Below the pieces are notes generated by a model that was not told the DNA's origin, did no database searches, and was given only the letters and a program-made list of their open reading frames with translations. Positions 12,801-23,328 of a DNA stretch of 64,000 nucleotides are shown here, piece after piece (the stretch's first letter is position 1; each line of letters starts with the position of its first letter). The stretch lies in the NCBI RefSeq assembly GCF_006345805.1, contig NC_042998.1, forward strand, positions 56,544,001 through 56,608,000, given 5' to 3'. The position numbers and the translations under genes are program-made. This stretch comes from Octopus sinensis (Eukaryota).

Positions 12801-15800
12801 ATTATTATTATTATTATACCTCCATGTTACTAGAATAAATATTTGTAATATCCTGGGGCCAATTTAATTTACTAGACTTCTCCCTTATAAATTTTGTGGC
12901 TGTATACAAATGTAAAAGAAAACCCATGAACATGATAATGATCTATAACATTAATTGGTGGGATGAAACTGAATATCAAGAAAAAGTAAATAATTAAATA
13001 CATTTATTTATAAAATAAGAAAAAAAAACTTACTTTTGAACAGGAAGAGGTTCTTTAGGGCTGATATCAACACATTGGATTTCTGTGGTACAACAATAAC
13101 TGAGTTCCTGTGAAGAGTATCAGGAAAAAATGGTAAGGTGTTGTTGAAAGGGAGAAACAATTATGTCTTGGCATTCTACTCAATACAGACATACATACAT
13201 ATAAATATATATATATGACACCACTGATACTCAGAAAACAGATTCCATTACAATCCTGGGGGAGAAACTAGAAGTAGTTGATAGTTTCCGCTACCTAGGT
13301 GACCAAGTTAGTAGTGGGGGTGGATGCTCAGAGAGTGTTACCACTAGGATAAGAATAGCCTGGGCAAAGTTCAGAAAGCTCCTACCCCTACTGGTGACAA
13401 AGGGTCTCTCACTCAGAGTGAAAGGTAGATTGCACGACACATGTGTGCGAACTGCCATGCTTCACAGTTGTGACTGCAGAGGACATGCGTAGGCTTGAAA
13501 GAAATGAGGCTAGCATGATCCGCTGAATGTGTAATGTCAGTGTGTATACACGGCAGAGTGTAAGTGCTCTGAGAGAAATGCTGGACATAAGAAGGATTGG
13601 ATGTGGCGTGCAAGAGAGACGTCTGCACTGGTATGGTCATGTACTACAGATTGATGAGGAGAGATATGTGAAGAAGTGCCACTCCCAAACAGTTGAAGGA
13701 ATCCGGGGTAGAGGTAGACCCAGGAAGACATGGGATGAGGTGGTCAAGCATGACTTTCGAACGTTGGGTCTCACAGAGGTAATGACGGAATACCGAGACC
13801 TCTGGAGATATGTTGTGTCTGCAAAGACCCGACAAATAATGTGACAATGATGATTATGGTAGCTGGTCATGTGTAATATGAGGGATATTTAGCTACTATT
13901 TCTAGCCGACTGAGCAACCAATGAGACAGTCTCATTAGCCTGCAAGAGATTTAATAGAAAAAAAGTTTGATGAAATTAGATGACTGCAGTTTTAGATAGG
14001 AAGTATGAGAAATCACAAAAATGTGAGCAGCATGGCAGTGAAGATATAAATAGTATGAGAGAAAAAAATGAAGGAAAGAGTAAAATATAAAAATGGTTAA
14101 GTATCACTCACCTTTATAACTTTACAGGCTTGTACACAGAGCTGTTTAGATGGTGTAACAACTATGGCTCTCACTGACTGCTCAACGGCTGACTAAAGAA
14201 TAAAAAAAAAATATCAAACAAATTTTTTTTTTAACAAGCTAACAGTAATTTTATTTGTATTTGTATCTGGCATTCACTAGATGTATTTATTGTGAGAAAC
14301 AGTTAAATTTCTTTTTTAAACATTTTACATAGTTCAACCTGCACGAGTTGATCTATGGAAGACAAAATAGAAATTTTGAAAGAAGTATCTATAAAACTAG
14401 TATTCGTTGCCAAAGCAGCTAACTGGCGTCCATGCTGGTGGCACAGAAAAAGCACTATTTGAGCGTGATCATTACCAGTGTCACCTTACTGGTACTTGTG
14501 CTGGTGGCATGTGAAAAACATTTGAGCTAGGTCTTTGCCAGTGTCGCTGGACTGGCTCCTGTGCAGGTGGCATGTAAAAAACACCATTTGAGTATGGCTG
14601 TTGCCAGTACCGCCTGACTGGCCCTCGTGCCAGTGGCACATAAAAGCCCCCCACTACACTCTCGGAGTGGTTGGCGTTAGGAAAGGCATCCAGCTGTAGA
14701 AACTCTGCCAGATTTCGATTGTAGCCTTGTGCAGCCATCTGGTTCGCCAGTCCTCAGTCAAATTGTCCAACCCATGCTAGCATGGAAAGCGGACGTTAAA
14801 CGATGATGATGATGAAATATGGAATGACTACAGGGGCTCACTATAATGGAATAGTAATCAAAGGGGTACATAAATGAAAAAAGATTGAGAGCCACTGATC
14901 TAAACACTATAATTAAAATCCAAATACTTCAAGGTGCAGGCATGGCTGTGTGATCATGAAGTTTCTTCCCAACTACATAGTTCTAAGTTCAGTCCCACTG
15001 TGAAGTACCTTAATGCCTTCCACTATAACCTTGGGTTGACCAATACCTTGAAAGTGCATTTTTTTGGATGTAAACTGAAAAAGCTTATGGCTTGTGTATG
15101 CATGTGAGTATGCATGTGTGTGTGTGTTGAGAACTGCACTTCTCCAAAATGGGTGACTGACTTGCTGTCTTCGAACATTGGGCCTTAGAGGCAATGACAA
15201 GTGACCAAGACCTTTGGTGATATGCTGTGCTTAAGAAGACTAGTCAAGCCAAGTGAAACCATAGTTATGGCCGATGCCAGTGTCACATAACAGGCACCCA
15301 TGCTGGTGGCACGTAAAAAACATTCATTACACTCATGGAATAGTTGGTGAATATATTTACCTAACACAAGCTAGTATTGAAAATCAGACATTAAAATGAA
15401 CAAACAAGATGGATAAAGCTAAATGGTACTAGGCAATCAACCAAAAGGTTATTGGTTCAAATCCTGTCACTGGTATTACATAGATTTTATGCCCAAGACA
15501 ATATTCATTAATGATAGTTCTCTCCATCTCAGTGAAAATTGGTACATTAGAGCATGAACAACTTGCTCTTTTAACCCTTTGATACTAATCTGTCAGAAGC
15601 TGCCCCTAGTTCTATGATGCAAAATTAAAATTTTAAAATTACCTAAATTAAAACCATCAAAATTTCATATTCATTTATATTGCAAACATCGGCTTAATAA
15701 TGACAGTTATTTCACTAAATTCTTCATTACTTTCAAAAGTACTTGGATAAAAAAACAGTGGACTTTAACAGAAACAAAAGGATACAACTAGTTTGAAAAC

Positions 15801-18536
15801 GAAAACAACTTACTTGTTTTGACAATAAAATCTTCTGAATGATAGGGATTGCAAAAGCAGCAGTTTTTCCAGATCCAGTTTTAGCCTGGATTAAAATATC
15901 TTTTCCTTCTAAAGCTAGTGGGATAGCTTTTTCCTGGATCAGGGTTGGATTTGACCAGCCAAGGTTTGCAATGGACTAAAAATATAAAGTCAAAGAAATT
16001 ATTATGTAAGAATTTAGAACGTTGTTTGTGAGAAGTGCTGGAACTGAGTCTGATACACTTGCTTTAACTGTCAGAGATGTGGAAGTATTACAATGACAAA
16101 TTATAATTTGATGAATGTAATTGGGCCTCACAGAGGGTATGGCAAGGGACTGAGACTTCTGGTGGTTTGCTATGCTTGAGAAGAGACATCAAACCAAGTA
16201 AAATCATGATCGTCCTTGCAATCAGGCATATCCCCTTCGTCCCTCTTCAGCTGAGCAATCCTAATCTTGTGGACTCATAGGTGTAGGCACCATGTAAAAG
16301 CACCTGTGTTAGTGTTGTATAAAAGCACCCAGTACACTCTGTAAAGTGGTTGGTGTGACAAAGGGCATTCCGCCATAGAAACCATGCCAAAACAGACATG
16401 GAACCTGGGCAGCTCCATTCAAACCATCCAACCCATGCCAGGATGGAAAACAGATGTTAAATGATGATGATGATGAATTGAAATAGCAAAAATCTACTAA
16501 ACTAACAACAAAGCTAGATACAGAGGTTAGTGCAAACATGATCAATAAGATAATAAAGGACACAAAGACAGAAAACTTCAGGCTCATTAGTTGTAATTAC
16601 TGAAATTAATGAAAGCATCAAACTATGTTGGTACCATACTAGTCACTCATTCATTTAAGTTGTACAAGAAGTTATGCTCCATGACAGGCACTGCAATATT
16701 GTTTTCACCATCTCAACAATAATGTCCTCAACAAGTTCAAAGATGTAGAACAGAAGTAACTGCAAAGGCAATTTTCTCAAATTCATGAAAGTGGTTGAAA
16801 ACGTCACCAAACTAAGTTACTTTAAGATAAAGTCATAAAGTCAATTTGGATAGAATGCAATTTGATTTTGTGTCAGGATGTGCAACAATGTACGTCATGT
16901 TTCTGCTGAGACATCAGCAAGAAAAGTTCTTAATGGAGAACAAACAACTGTACTTCGTCAGTCTATAAAAGATTCCTGAAAAACTTTCTCACTCTGTAGT
17001 CTGATGGATGGTGAAAGAACAAGGTATGAGAACAGTTCAAATATGAGGGTGCTATTCTCTTAGCATAAAAAAGTTCCAAACATGGAAAAACTGTTTATTG
17101 GTCAAAAGCTGAAAGGCCAACATGGCAATAAAGTGCTACAGTATGGAGAGAGAGAGAGAGCAAGAACCCAAAATATCAGTACCTTATGGAGAAAGGCTTT
17201 GATACACAGGAAAAGAATAACTATGTTCAACCAGGAAATTCAAGCTGGTGGATGATAGAACCTCATGTAGCTTTTCAACCAGGTAGAGATAATAACCAAA
17301 TCTCCCTCAAATCATATCTTCAAAAGGGCACATTGACAATATAGCTCTACATATACTAAAAGACAAAATGATCACAGCTATAACACATTTGTTTAAGCTG
17401 TGGTCAGCTCATTCAGAGACGATCCTGGCCCAAACAAGAACCTGTTACTTCCACTAGCTATAAAGTATTTCTCTGTGGTGTACAAAAGGCAGACTGTATG
17501 AAAAAAAAGGTAAAAATAAATGTGAAGTTGTATAGTACCAAAATGTGGGCCCTAAATGCTGGAAATCTGCAGGGGCTAAAGAAAATGACTGGTTGCATAT
17601 CGTTGCATCTCCATTGTTAAACTTGTACAAAAAGTAGAGAAAACATGAAGTGGCAGTGTTTGGAAGGAATTAGCTGTGTAAAAGAAACGCAGCGACAATG
17701 GGATTAAGGAGTTGGTGACAAAGTGTCTTAGGCTGACAGTGGATTGTAACTGAGGAAAAGATAACATCGGGATAATTATAAGATTAGATCTTAAAGATAT
17801 GATGTTGTTAGTATACACACAGATCACAAATCAATGAAGCATGTGTTGTTGCTCAAGAACTAGCAGCCAAAATCTTTCGTGTTACACTCCTATCATTTTA
17901 AAAGTTTAACACATTTTACAAGTTTAACACAGTGTTGTATACGTACAATACACCTGAAGAAAATGGGATGCTCAAGATTTGAATACCTGTGACCCAAGGA
18001 ACTTAAGAAATAATATCCAAATCCATGCAATTTGAGAAAAATGAACAGTTTAACTAAGATAATGATGATGATTGAATTAAAAGATCGAATCTTTCATTAG
18101 AAACAAGAACAAATTCATTTTTTCCAACTGATATTTAACGACAATATCATGCTTGTCCTGATCATATGCTGATAGTGAAGCAAATATTTTACGATTCATT
18201 AAACAAGCATTTATAATTACACACAGTCAAGATTTTTTTTTTTATGACAAATTGTATTTTGGCTATACTGTCCAAAATATGCTTCCATTGTTTAAAGACG
18301 ATTGAATACAATCTGAGAAATGTAGTTATTTGTCTTAGTTATAACCACGTGTCATCAACAAATGAGAAAATATTACTAAAGTTTAACACTGACATTAAAT
18401 TTAAAAATCAAGTAGATAATTTACATTTATTGTAATTATATCTATAAACAGACAAAACTTAATAGATTTATACCTGAAGAACTCTATCGTCCAGTCCCAT
18501 CGCATGAAAAGGCACTTCACAGTCTTCGTCGTCCAT
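733..18536 (-). CDS. DDX56: DEAD-box RNA helicase DDX56/Dbp9, exons 1-11 (365 codons in window; 3' end lies outside the window)
   Basis: Joined exons give [65 protein letters not shown]...GTPSR...VIDEADLL...[16 protein letters not shown]...SRGVDF...YIHRIGR. This closely matches DDX56 as I recall it. All introns are GT-AG and all phases are consistent. Confidence 0.96.
1478..1718 (+). mobile_element. RTE 3'UTR-derived short element with (GAT)n tail
   Basis: Same 3' sequence as 52600-52790 (GAGTGGTTGGCGTTAGGAAGGGCATCCAGC...CATGCTAGCATGGAAA). Confidence 0.85.
2126..2233 (-). CDS. DDX56: DDX56 exon 10
   Basis: [35 protein letters not shown]+AA; ctttcag acceptor. Confidence 0.93.
3301..3372 (-). 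CDS. DDX56: DDX56 exon 9
   Basis: [23 protein letters not shown]+CG; GTAAGT donor. Confidence 0.95.
5570..5674 (-). CDS. DDX56: DDX56 exon 8 (motif IV)
   Basis: [34 protein letters not shown]+AG. Confidence 0.95.
6758..6816 (-). CDS. DDX56: DDX56 exon 7
   Basis: [19 protein letters not shown]+AT; GTGAGT donor. Confidence 0.93.
8506..8710 (+). mobile_element. tRNA-derived SINE (family A) with 18-bp TSD
   Basis: GGTGGCGAGCTGG..GAGTTCAAATTCC head; TSD AGTATTTTATGGTCAAAT at 8488-8505 and 8711-8728. Confidence 0.9.
9424..9514 (-). CDS. DDX56: DDX56 exon 6 (motif III region)
   Basis: [30 protein letters not shown]; tttcag acceptor, GTAAGC donor. Confidence 0.93.
9850..9968. repeat. Near-perfect 52-bp inverted repeat with 15-nt loop, DDX56 intron 5
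   Basis: Arms 9850-9901 and 9917-9968; 48/52 Watson-Crick pairs. Confidence 0.9.
10260..10505. repeat. Imperfect ~245-nt fold-back (palindromic MITE-like), DDX56 intron 5
   Basis: 10260-10360 pairs with 10372-10402 plus 10434-10505. Confidence 0.7.
10877..11047 (-). CDS. DDX56: DDX56 exon 5 (motif Ib, DEAD box)
   Basis: [56 protein letters not shown]. Confidence 0.97.
11555..11884 (-). mobile_element. RTE 3'UTR-derived short element
   Basis: Reverse complement of the shared 3' end, with repeated GTGCC-N3-GGCAC units. Confidence 0.85.
13034..13107 (-). CDS. DDX56: DDX56 exon 4
   Basis: [24 protein letters not shown]+AA; cacag acceptor, GTAAGT donor; phase 0 to 2. Confidence 0.9.
13241..13838 (+). 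mobile_element. RTE LINE 3' ORF fragment in DDX56 intron 3
   Basis: [21 protein letters not shown]...[13 protein letters not shown]...[17 protein letters not shown]. Confidence 0.92.
14112..14192 (-). CDS. DDX56: DDX56 exon 3 (motif Ia)
   Basis: [27 protein letters not shown]; GTGAGT donor. Confidence 0.93.
14428..14814 (+). mobile_element. RTE 3'UTR-derived short element
   Basis: Four hairpin units, shared 3' end, (GAT)n tail. Confidence 0.85.
15814..15975 (-). CDS. DDX56: DDX56 exon 2 (Q motif, Walker A)
   Basis: [54 protein letters not shown]; ttttag acceptor, GTAAGT donor. Confidence 0.97.
18474..18536 (-). CDS. DDX56: DDX56 exon 1 (ATG at 18536)
   Basis: [21 protein letters not shown]; donor GTATA; phase 0. 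Confidence 0.93.
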
Positions 18537-18813
18537 TATGTGACTACCACATGAAATGAGAAAAGCGGTGAACTACCACTTCTAAAAATAATTCCGGTTA
18601 TTATTTACAACATATTACTTTATACGAGCATTGCCGATAATTTTGATTTATAAATAAATTTAATACTAAAGCTTTCATGACATGAATAAAAATAAGTAGA
18701 AAGAAAACACAAAAGTACGTAATTGTAATAATACTCTTTATTATCAAGCAACAGTTGGTACTCAACGCAAACCGGTGACTACGGAGACTATTGAAGACAT
18801 TTCGTCCGTAATC
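18537..18813. promoter_or_regulatory. Bidirectional promoter and 5'UTRs shared by DDX56 (-) and HIGD2A (+)
   Basis: Only 277 bp separate the two divergent ATGs; CpGs are locally retained. Promoter function is inferred from the geometry. Confidence 0.75.
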
Positions 18814-18967
18814 ATGTCCTCCGATGTTCCCAAAAAGATAGAGAAAATGGATGTTCCGGAATTTGCTTATTTACCACCTCCAAAAGAATTAGTTTTTGGT
18901 AAATATGAAGAGGGTTTAAAAGAAAAACTTATCAGAAAAACAAAAGAAAACCCGGCTGTCCCTTTCG
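18814..18967 (+). CDS. HIGD2A: HIGD2A exon 1
   Basis: ATG at 18814, 51 codons + G, GTAAGG donor. Confidence 0.92.
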
Positions 18968-21900
18968 GTAAGGTTACATAACAAGGATATTTTTTTCATT
19001 AAACCCGTTTTAGGCTTTATTAAATTCTTCATTATTCATATTTTACTCAGTATAAGAATTGTAGTTTGATATAGTATCGTTAACTATCAAGCACTTTTGA
19101 TAAACCTAGTCCTTCAGTTAATATATTTAAATTTCAAGTTTCTCATCTAAGTATGAGTAAAAATTCTTATTTTTTAATGCTCATAACTTTTTAGAAAAAA
19201 GAATTCAGTGCAATATCAGTAAAAATTAATGTTTTTTAACTTGCAATATTCATAAAGACCGCCACTACTTTGAACTTCTTTGTAACAGATTGGTTAGTAA
19301 ACTTTAACTCTCTCTCTCTCTCTCCGAAAAATGGTAATAATATCAATAACTCATCTCGGATATGCATTCATCTTTAATGTTTGTTTCTATTTCCTACAGA
19401 ATTTGATTGATCATCTTTAGATCATCAATATTTAAAGTTTTAAAGGCGGCGAGCTATCAGAATCGTTAGCACGTTGCACTGTATACAATAATTTCATTAT
19501 TATATAAGATGCTTAGCGGCATTTCGTTCTGAGCTCAGCCGAAGTCGACTGTACTTTTCATCCTTTCGGTGTCGATAGAATAAGTACCACTTGAGCACTG
19601 GGATCGATATAACAGATTTACTCTCTCCTCGGGAAATTGCTGGGTTTGTGCCTAAAATTAGAAATCAATATTTAAAGGCTTGAACTGAAGACTTTTACTT
19701 CTGGTACGAAACTTCAATACTCGTAATCACTTGACCGCAGACCTACATTTTAATAACATTGAACCAACATTTGTGTTGAATTCCAGCTTGTAAAAGTATG
19801 TATGTCCGTCCGTTTGTCTGTCTATCTCTCTCTCTATCTATCTATCTACCTACCCCGCTACCTTTTTTTTCTCTCCTCTCCCCAAAAAGAAAAGCTCTAC
19901 TTTGTATTTTGTCCCCTCCGTGTTCAGCCCTGTGTGGCTAATGAAGAAACATCCATCCATCCATCCAGTCAGTTGTTCATATATCAGAAAAAGAAGCACA
20001 TTCTAAAACATTAAAGTCTGATGAGTTGCATACAAAGCTCTTAGCTTTATAGGTGCGAAACCAATGGTTGCTTTCTGACCTGCCATATCAAACAACCTTC
20101 TAAAAATGTGTGTGTGTGTGTAGGGTACTTAAGATGATTTGGAGGTTTAAGATATTCTGGACAAAACATGTAACTGCATCTGATGGTGAGATTACAGCTC
20201 GGGTGTTCAGGAATTTTGAGGTGTATGGAATTTACCATGGGTCACCACTACTCCCAGGTTCACTCTGACTTAGGGTAGTAATACCAGCCATGGGCCCTTG
20301 TTACGTGGGAGAGGGAATAGTCCTGGGGTTAAGGTTACTTGTCTCGGAGGAAGGTTAGTCCCTAGACATGTCACATAGGCCTACCAGTATCTCTGGTGTC
20401 AAGGGGACCAGCTCCGCTTTCTAAGGGTTAAATAAAGCCCAGTACATCGAAAGTAAGGTTGAGAGAATAAGAGACTAACATAGTGAAATACAAATAAACC
20501 GGCAGAAGACAACTGGTAACCATTATCGTATTTTTTCTTGAGGAAAATGTCATGAAAATTTTCTGACTTTGGCATGGTGGCCTATGATCTCTGACGCTTG
20601 TAGAGAGTATTTTCACGAGTTATCTATTTATCAAATAACGAAGGTACATAGCCTTGTTGTTTGGGTGTTTGGCTCATGATTATAAGGTCAATTCAAGGTT
20701 GTGTCCTTGAGCAAGACACCTTATTTCACATTGCTCCAGTCCATTCAGCTGATAAAAATGAGTAGTACCTGTAATTCAGGAACTACATTCTGTGTCACTC
20801 TGAATCTCCCTGAGAGCTATGTTAAGTGTATGCATGTCTGTAGAGTGCTCAGCCACTTGCATGTTAATTTCACGAGCAGCATGTTTTGTTGATTGGATCA
20901 ACTGGAACCCATGTCAAACTGGTAAAGCACCTGTATTGGTTTTGAAAAAAAAATTGTTTATTATCACACTTCGCCATTTTATTTCTATTGTTTGGTGAAA
21001 AGATCAATAAAAATATTCATTCATATATTTTTTTCCATACTAGGATGGATTGTTATTGAGAATTGAGACAGGATTGGTCAGATGCTCTTCTTGTTATCAT
21101 GTCTTAACTGTTCTTCATGTTTGAGATTCCTTTATTCCATGGGTCATCAAAAAACGAGAGTGATTGGACACAATATCAAGAAAAATAGTCTAGTAGTTTT
21201 GAATTATTCTTGCGGTGACTCATCTTAGATATAGAAATATGTATAATAATAATATAGAAATATGTATAATAATAATAATCCTTTCTACTATAGGCACATC
21301 CCTAAAATTATGGAGGTGGGGGTTAAGTCGATTACATCGACCCCAGTAATTGACTGGTACTTAATTTATTGACCCTGAAAGGATGAAAGACAAAATCAAC
21401 CGTGGTGGAATTTGAACTCAGAGCATAAAGATGGACAAAGTGCTGCTAAGCATTTTGCCTGGCTTGTTAACAATTCTATCTGCTTGCCTTCTAACAGGAC
21501 CATAAATGATTTTTAACAGATAATAATAATCCTTTCTACTATAGGCACATCCCTAAAATTATGGAGGTGGGGGTTAAGTCGATTACATCGACCCCAGTAA
21601 TTGACTGGTACTTAATTTATTGACCCTGAAAGGATGAAAGACAAAATCAACCTTGGTGGAATTTGAACTCAGAGCATAAAGATGGACAAAGTGCTGCTAA
21701 GCATTTTGCCTGGCTTGTTAACAATTCTATCTGCTTGCCTTCTAACAGGACCATAAATGATTTTTAACAGATAATAATAATCCTTTCTACTAAAAGCACA
21801 AGGCCTGAAATTCTAGGGGAAGCCGTAAATCGATTACATCAACTCCAGTACTCGACTGGTACAAGATTTATTGACCCCCAAAAAGATGAAAGATAAAGTC

Positions 21901-23117
21901 GACCTTGGTGGAATTTGAACTAATAATAATAATAATAATAATAAATGCCCTGATGCAGTGGCTCTCGTGGCTTCTGATCTTAACTGATTGGAAGTGTTAT
22001 CATGTACATTGTTTTGTCTTGGTATAAAAGATGGGCTACATCAAATATTCTGCTCAATACCACAGATTTGCTTGTCAGTTGTTTGACCTTAACCAGTTGA
22101 GCATGTCCCTTAGTGGCTGACGATATGTGCATCTCTGATCACGAGCAGAAGTAGTGGGGGAACATCATAGCCATGTGTTGAGAGGGATTCTTTGGGGTTT
22201 GAATAATTCACCTCTGGAAACATGGGTGTTTTGTTTAACATCCTTAAACAACCCTTATTCAGAGACCTTTTGAGTGGGATGGGTTACTCGACCAGAAGAA
22301 AATTCTAACTGGGCCCCACCTGCAAGGTCATGTGCTGTTTATCCTGATATGAGATCACCATGTCGCACACATATGGTTGTGATGCATGGGCCTGGTGTAC
22401 TCTTATCAGACAAGTAGTCATGATGGGTATACTGGGTTTCGTATATTTATATCCAAGTGTCACTTTGATGGCACACACTGCTCTCTCACTCAATAATAAT
22501 AATAATGATGCTTTCTAATTGATGTATCAATACCAACAGATGACAATGTTTCTCTAAAAGAAATGGAGAAACTTTCAAAATACAAAGACTTGGAAATAGA
22601 GGTTACTCGAATGTGGAATCTAAAAACAAACAATTACTATCATAGTGGGCACATTAGGTATGATTAAAAAGTATTCAGACAAATACATAACAAAAACACC
22701 TGGACTTAACAAATATATACAACATACAGAAAATTGCACTACCGGGCACTGCACACATCCTATGCAAAACACTTTCAATACAGTAACCATAAGAGCATCA
22801 CAGCACATACCCAAGGCACACAGAGCTGCACTCGGTAGTGAAGTGAAAGCACGTTATAAAAATAAAACTACTGAATAATAATAATAATAATAATAATAAC
22901 AACTATACTAGAATTCTTATGTTGGTGTGGATTTTTGTTTTTTTTTTCAGGACTTGCTCTGACAACATTTGCTCTGTCTTATGGTATATGGCAAATGAGG
23001 ACTGGTAACCAAAGGAGATCTCAGATGATGATGAGACTACGAATTATGGGACAAGGCTTTACTGTTGTTGCTATACTGGCTGGTGTGTTGTATAGTGCAC
23101 GTACACATAAAAAGTAG
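18814..23117 (+). CDS. HIGD2A: HIG1 domain family member 2A-like, 106 aa, 2 exons (18814-18967, 22951-23117)
   Basis: MSSDVPKKIEKMDVPEFAYLPPPKELVFGKYEEGLKEKLIRKTKENPAVPFG/LALTTFALSYGIWQMRTGNQRRSQMMMRLRIMGQGFTVVAILAGVLYSARTHKK*. It has the HIG1 signature (K.REN.P.VP.G ... SQ.MMR.RI..QGFTV) and a phase-1 GTAAG..TTCAG intron. Confidence 0.95.
19445..19670 (+). mobile_element. SINE family A interrupted by a 28-nt CR1 tail (19476-19503)
   Basis: GGCGGCGAGCT head; inserted GCACTGTATACAATAATTTCATTATTAT. Confidence 0.8.
20013..20074 (+). ncRNA. Candidate type I hammerhead ribozyme in the HIGD2A intron (sense strand)
   Basis: AAAGT-CTGATGA-[G..stem II..C]-GAAA-CC-AAT-GG-TT-GCTTT: full core, stem I 5 bp, stem III 3 bp, GUU site, imperfect stem II. 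Confidence 0.55.
20655..20915 (+). mobile_element. SINE sharing the family C core but with a different tail
   Basis: GTGTCCTTGAGCAAGACACC..GCTCCAGTCC..CAGCTG; an inverted relative lies at 5050-5345. Confidence 0.7.
21280..21781 (-). repeat. 251-bp tandem duplication (2 copies) containing a tRNA-derived SINE
   Basis: Units 21280-21530 and 21531-21781 differ at one position that I could see (CCGTGG vs CCTTGG); a third, diverged SINE follows at 21782-21920. Confidence 0.9.
21944..22491. repeat. Non-coding ~550-bp interspersed element bounded by (AAT)n on both sides
   Basis: Higher GC than the flanks, sharp boundaries at (AAT)n tracts, no convincing ORF. Confidence 0.45.
22508..22899 (+). mobile_element. 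3' fragment of an R4/Dong-clade non-LTR retrotransposon (REL endonuclease), flanked by (AAT)n
   Basis: Reads (with frameshifts) CFLIDVSIPTDDNVSLKEMEKLSKYKDLEIEVTRMWNLK..IIVGTLGMIKK..IQKIALPGTAHILCKTL, the restriction-enzyme-like endonuclease C-terminus; (AAT)n on both sides. Confidence 0.8.
22951..23117 (+). CDS. HIGD2A: HIGD2A exon 2
   Basis: Long poly-T acceptor ending TTCAG; two hydrophobic helices; TAG ends at 23117. Confidence 0.95.
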
Positions 23118-23328
23118 TCGACCTGAGTATTTTCAAAAGAAATAGTCCTAGGTATTGGTTTCTTATTTTGAAACATTCTTATATTTATATAAATACTTGT
23201 TTTAGGATTCATAGTGTTTTGCTAACCTAAACAGTATAAAAAAAAAAGGACCTGAACTTGTATTGTTAAAAATACTAGAATTCTAATTTACAAATTAACA
23301 TGGTTTATGACTTTCTTTTAAGAAAGTT

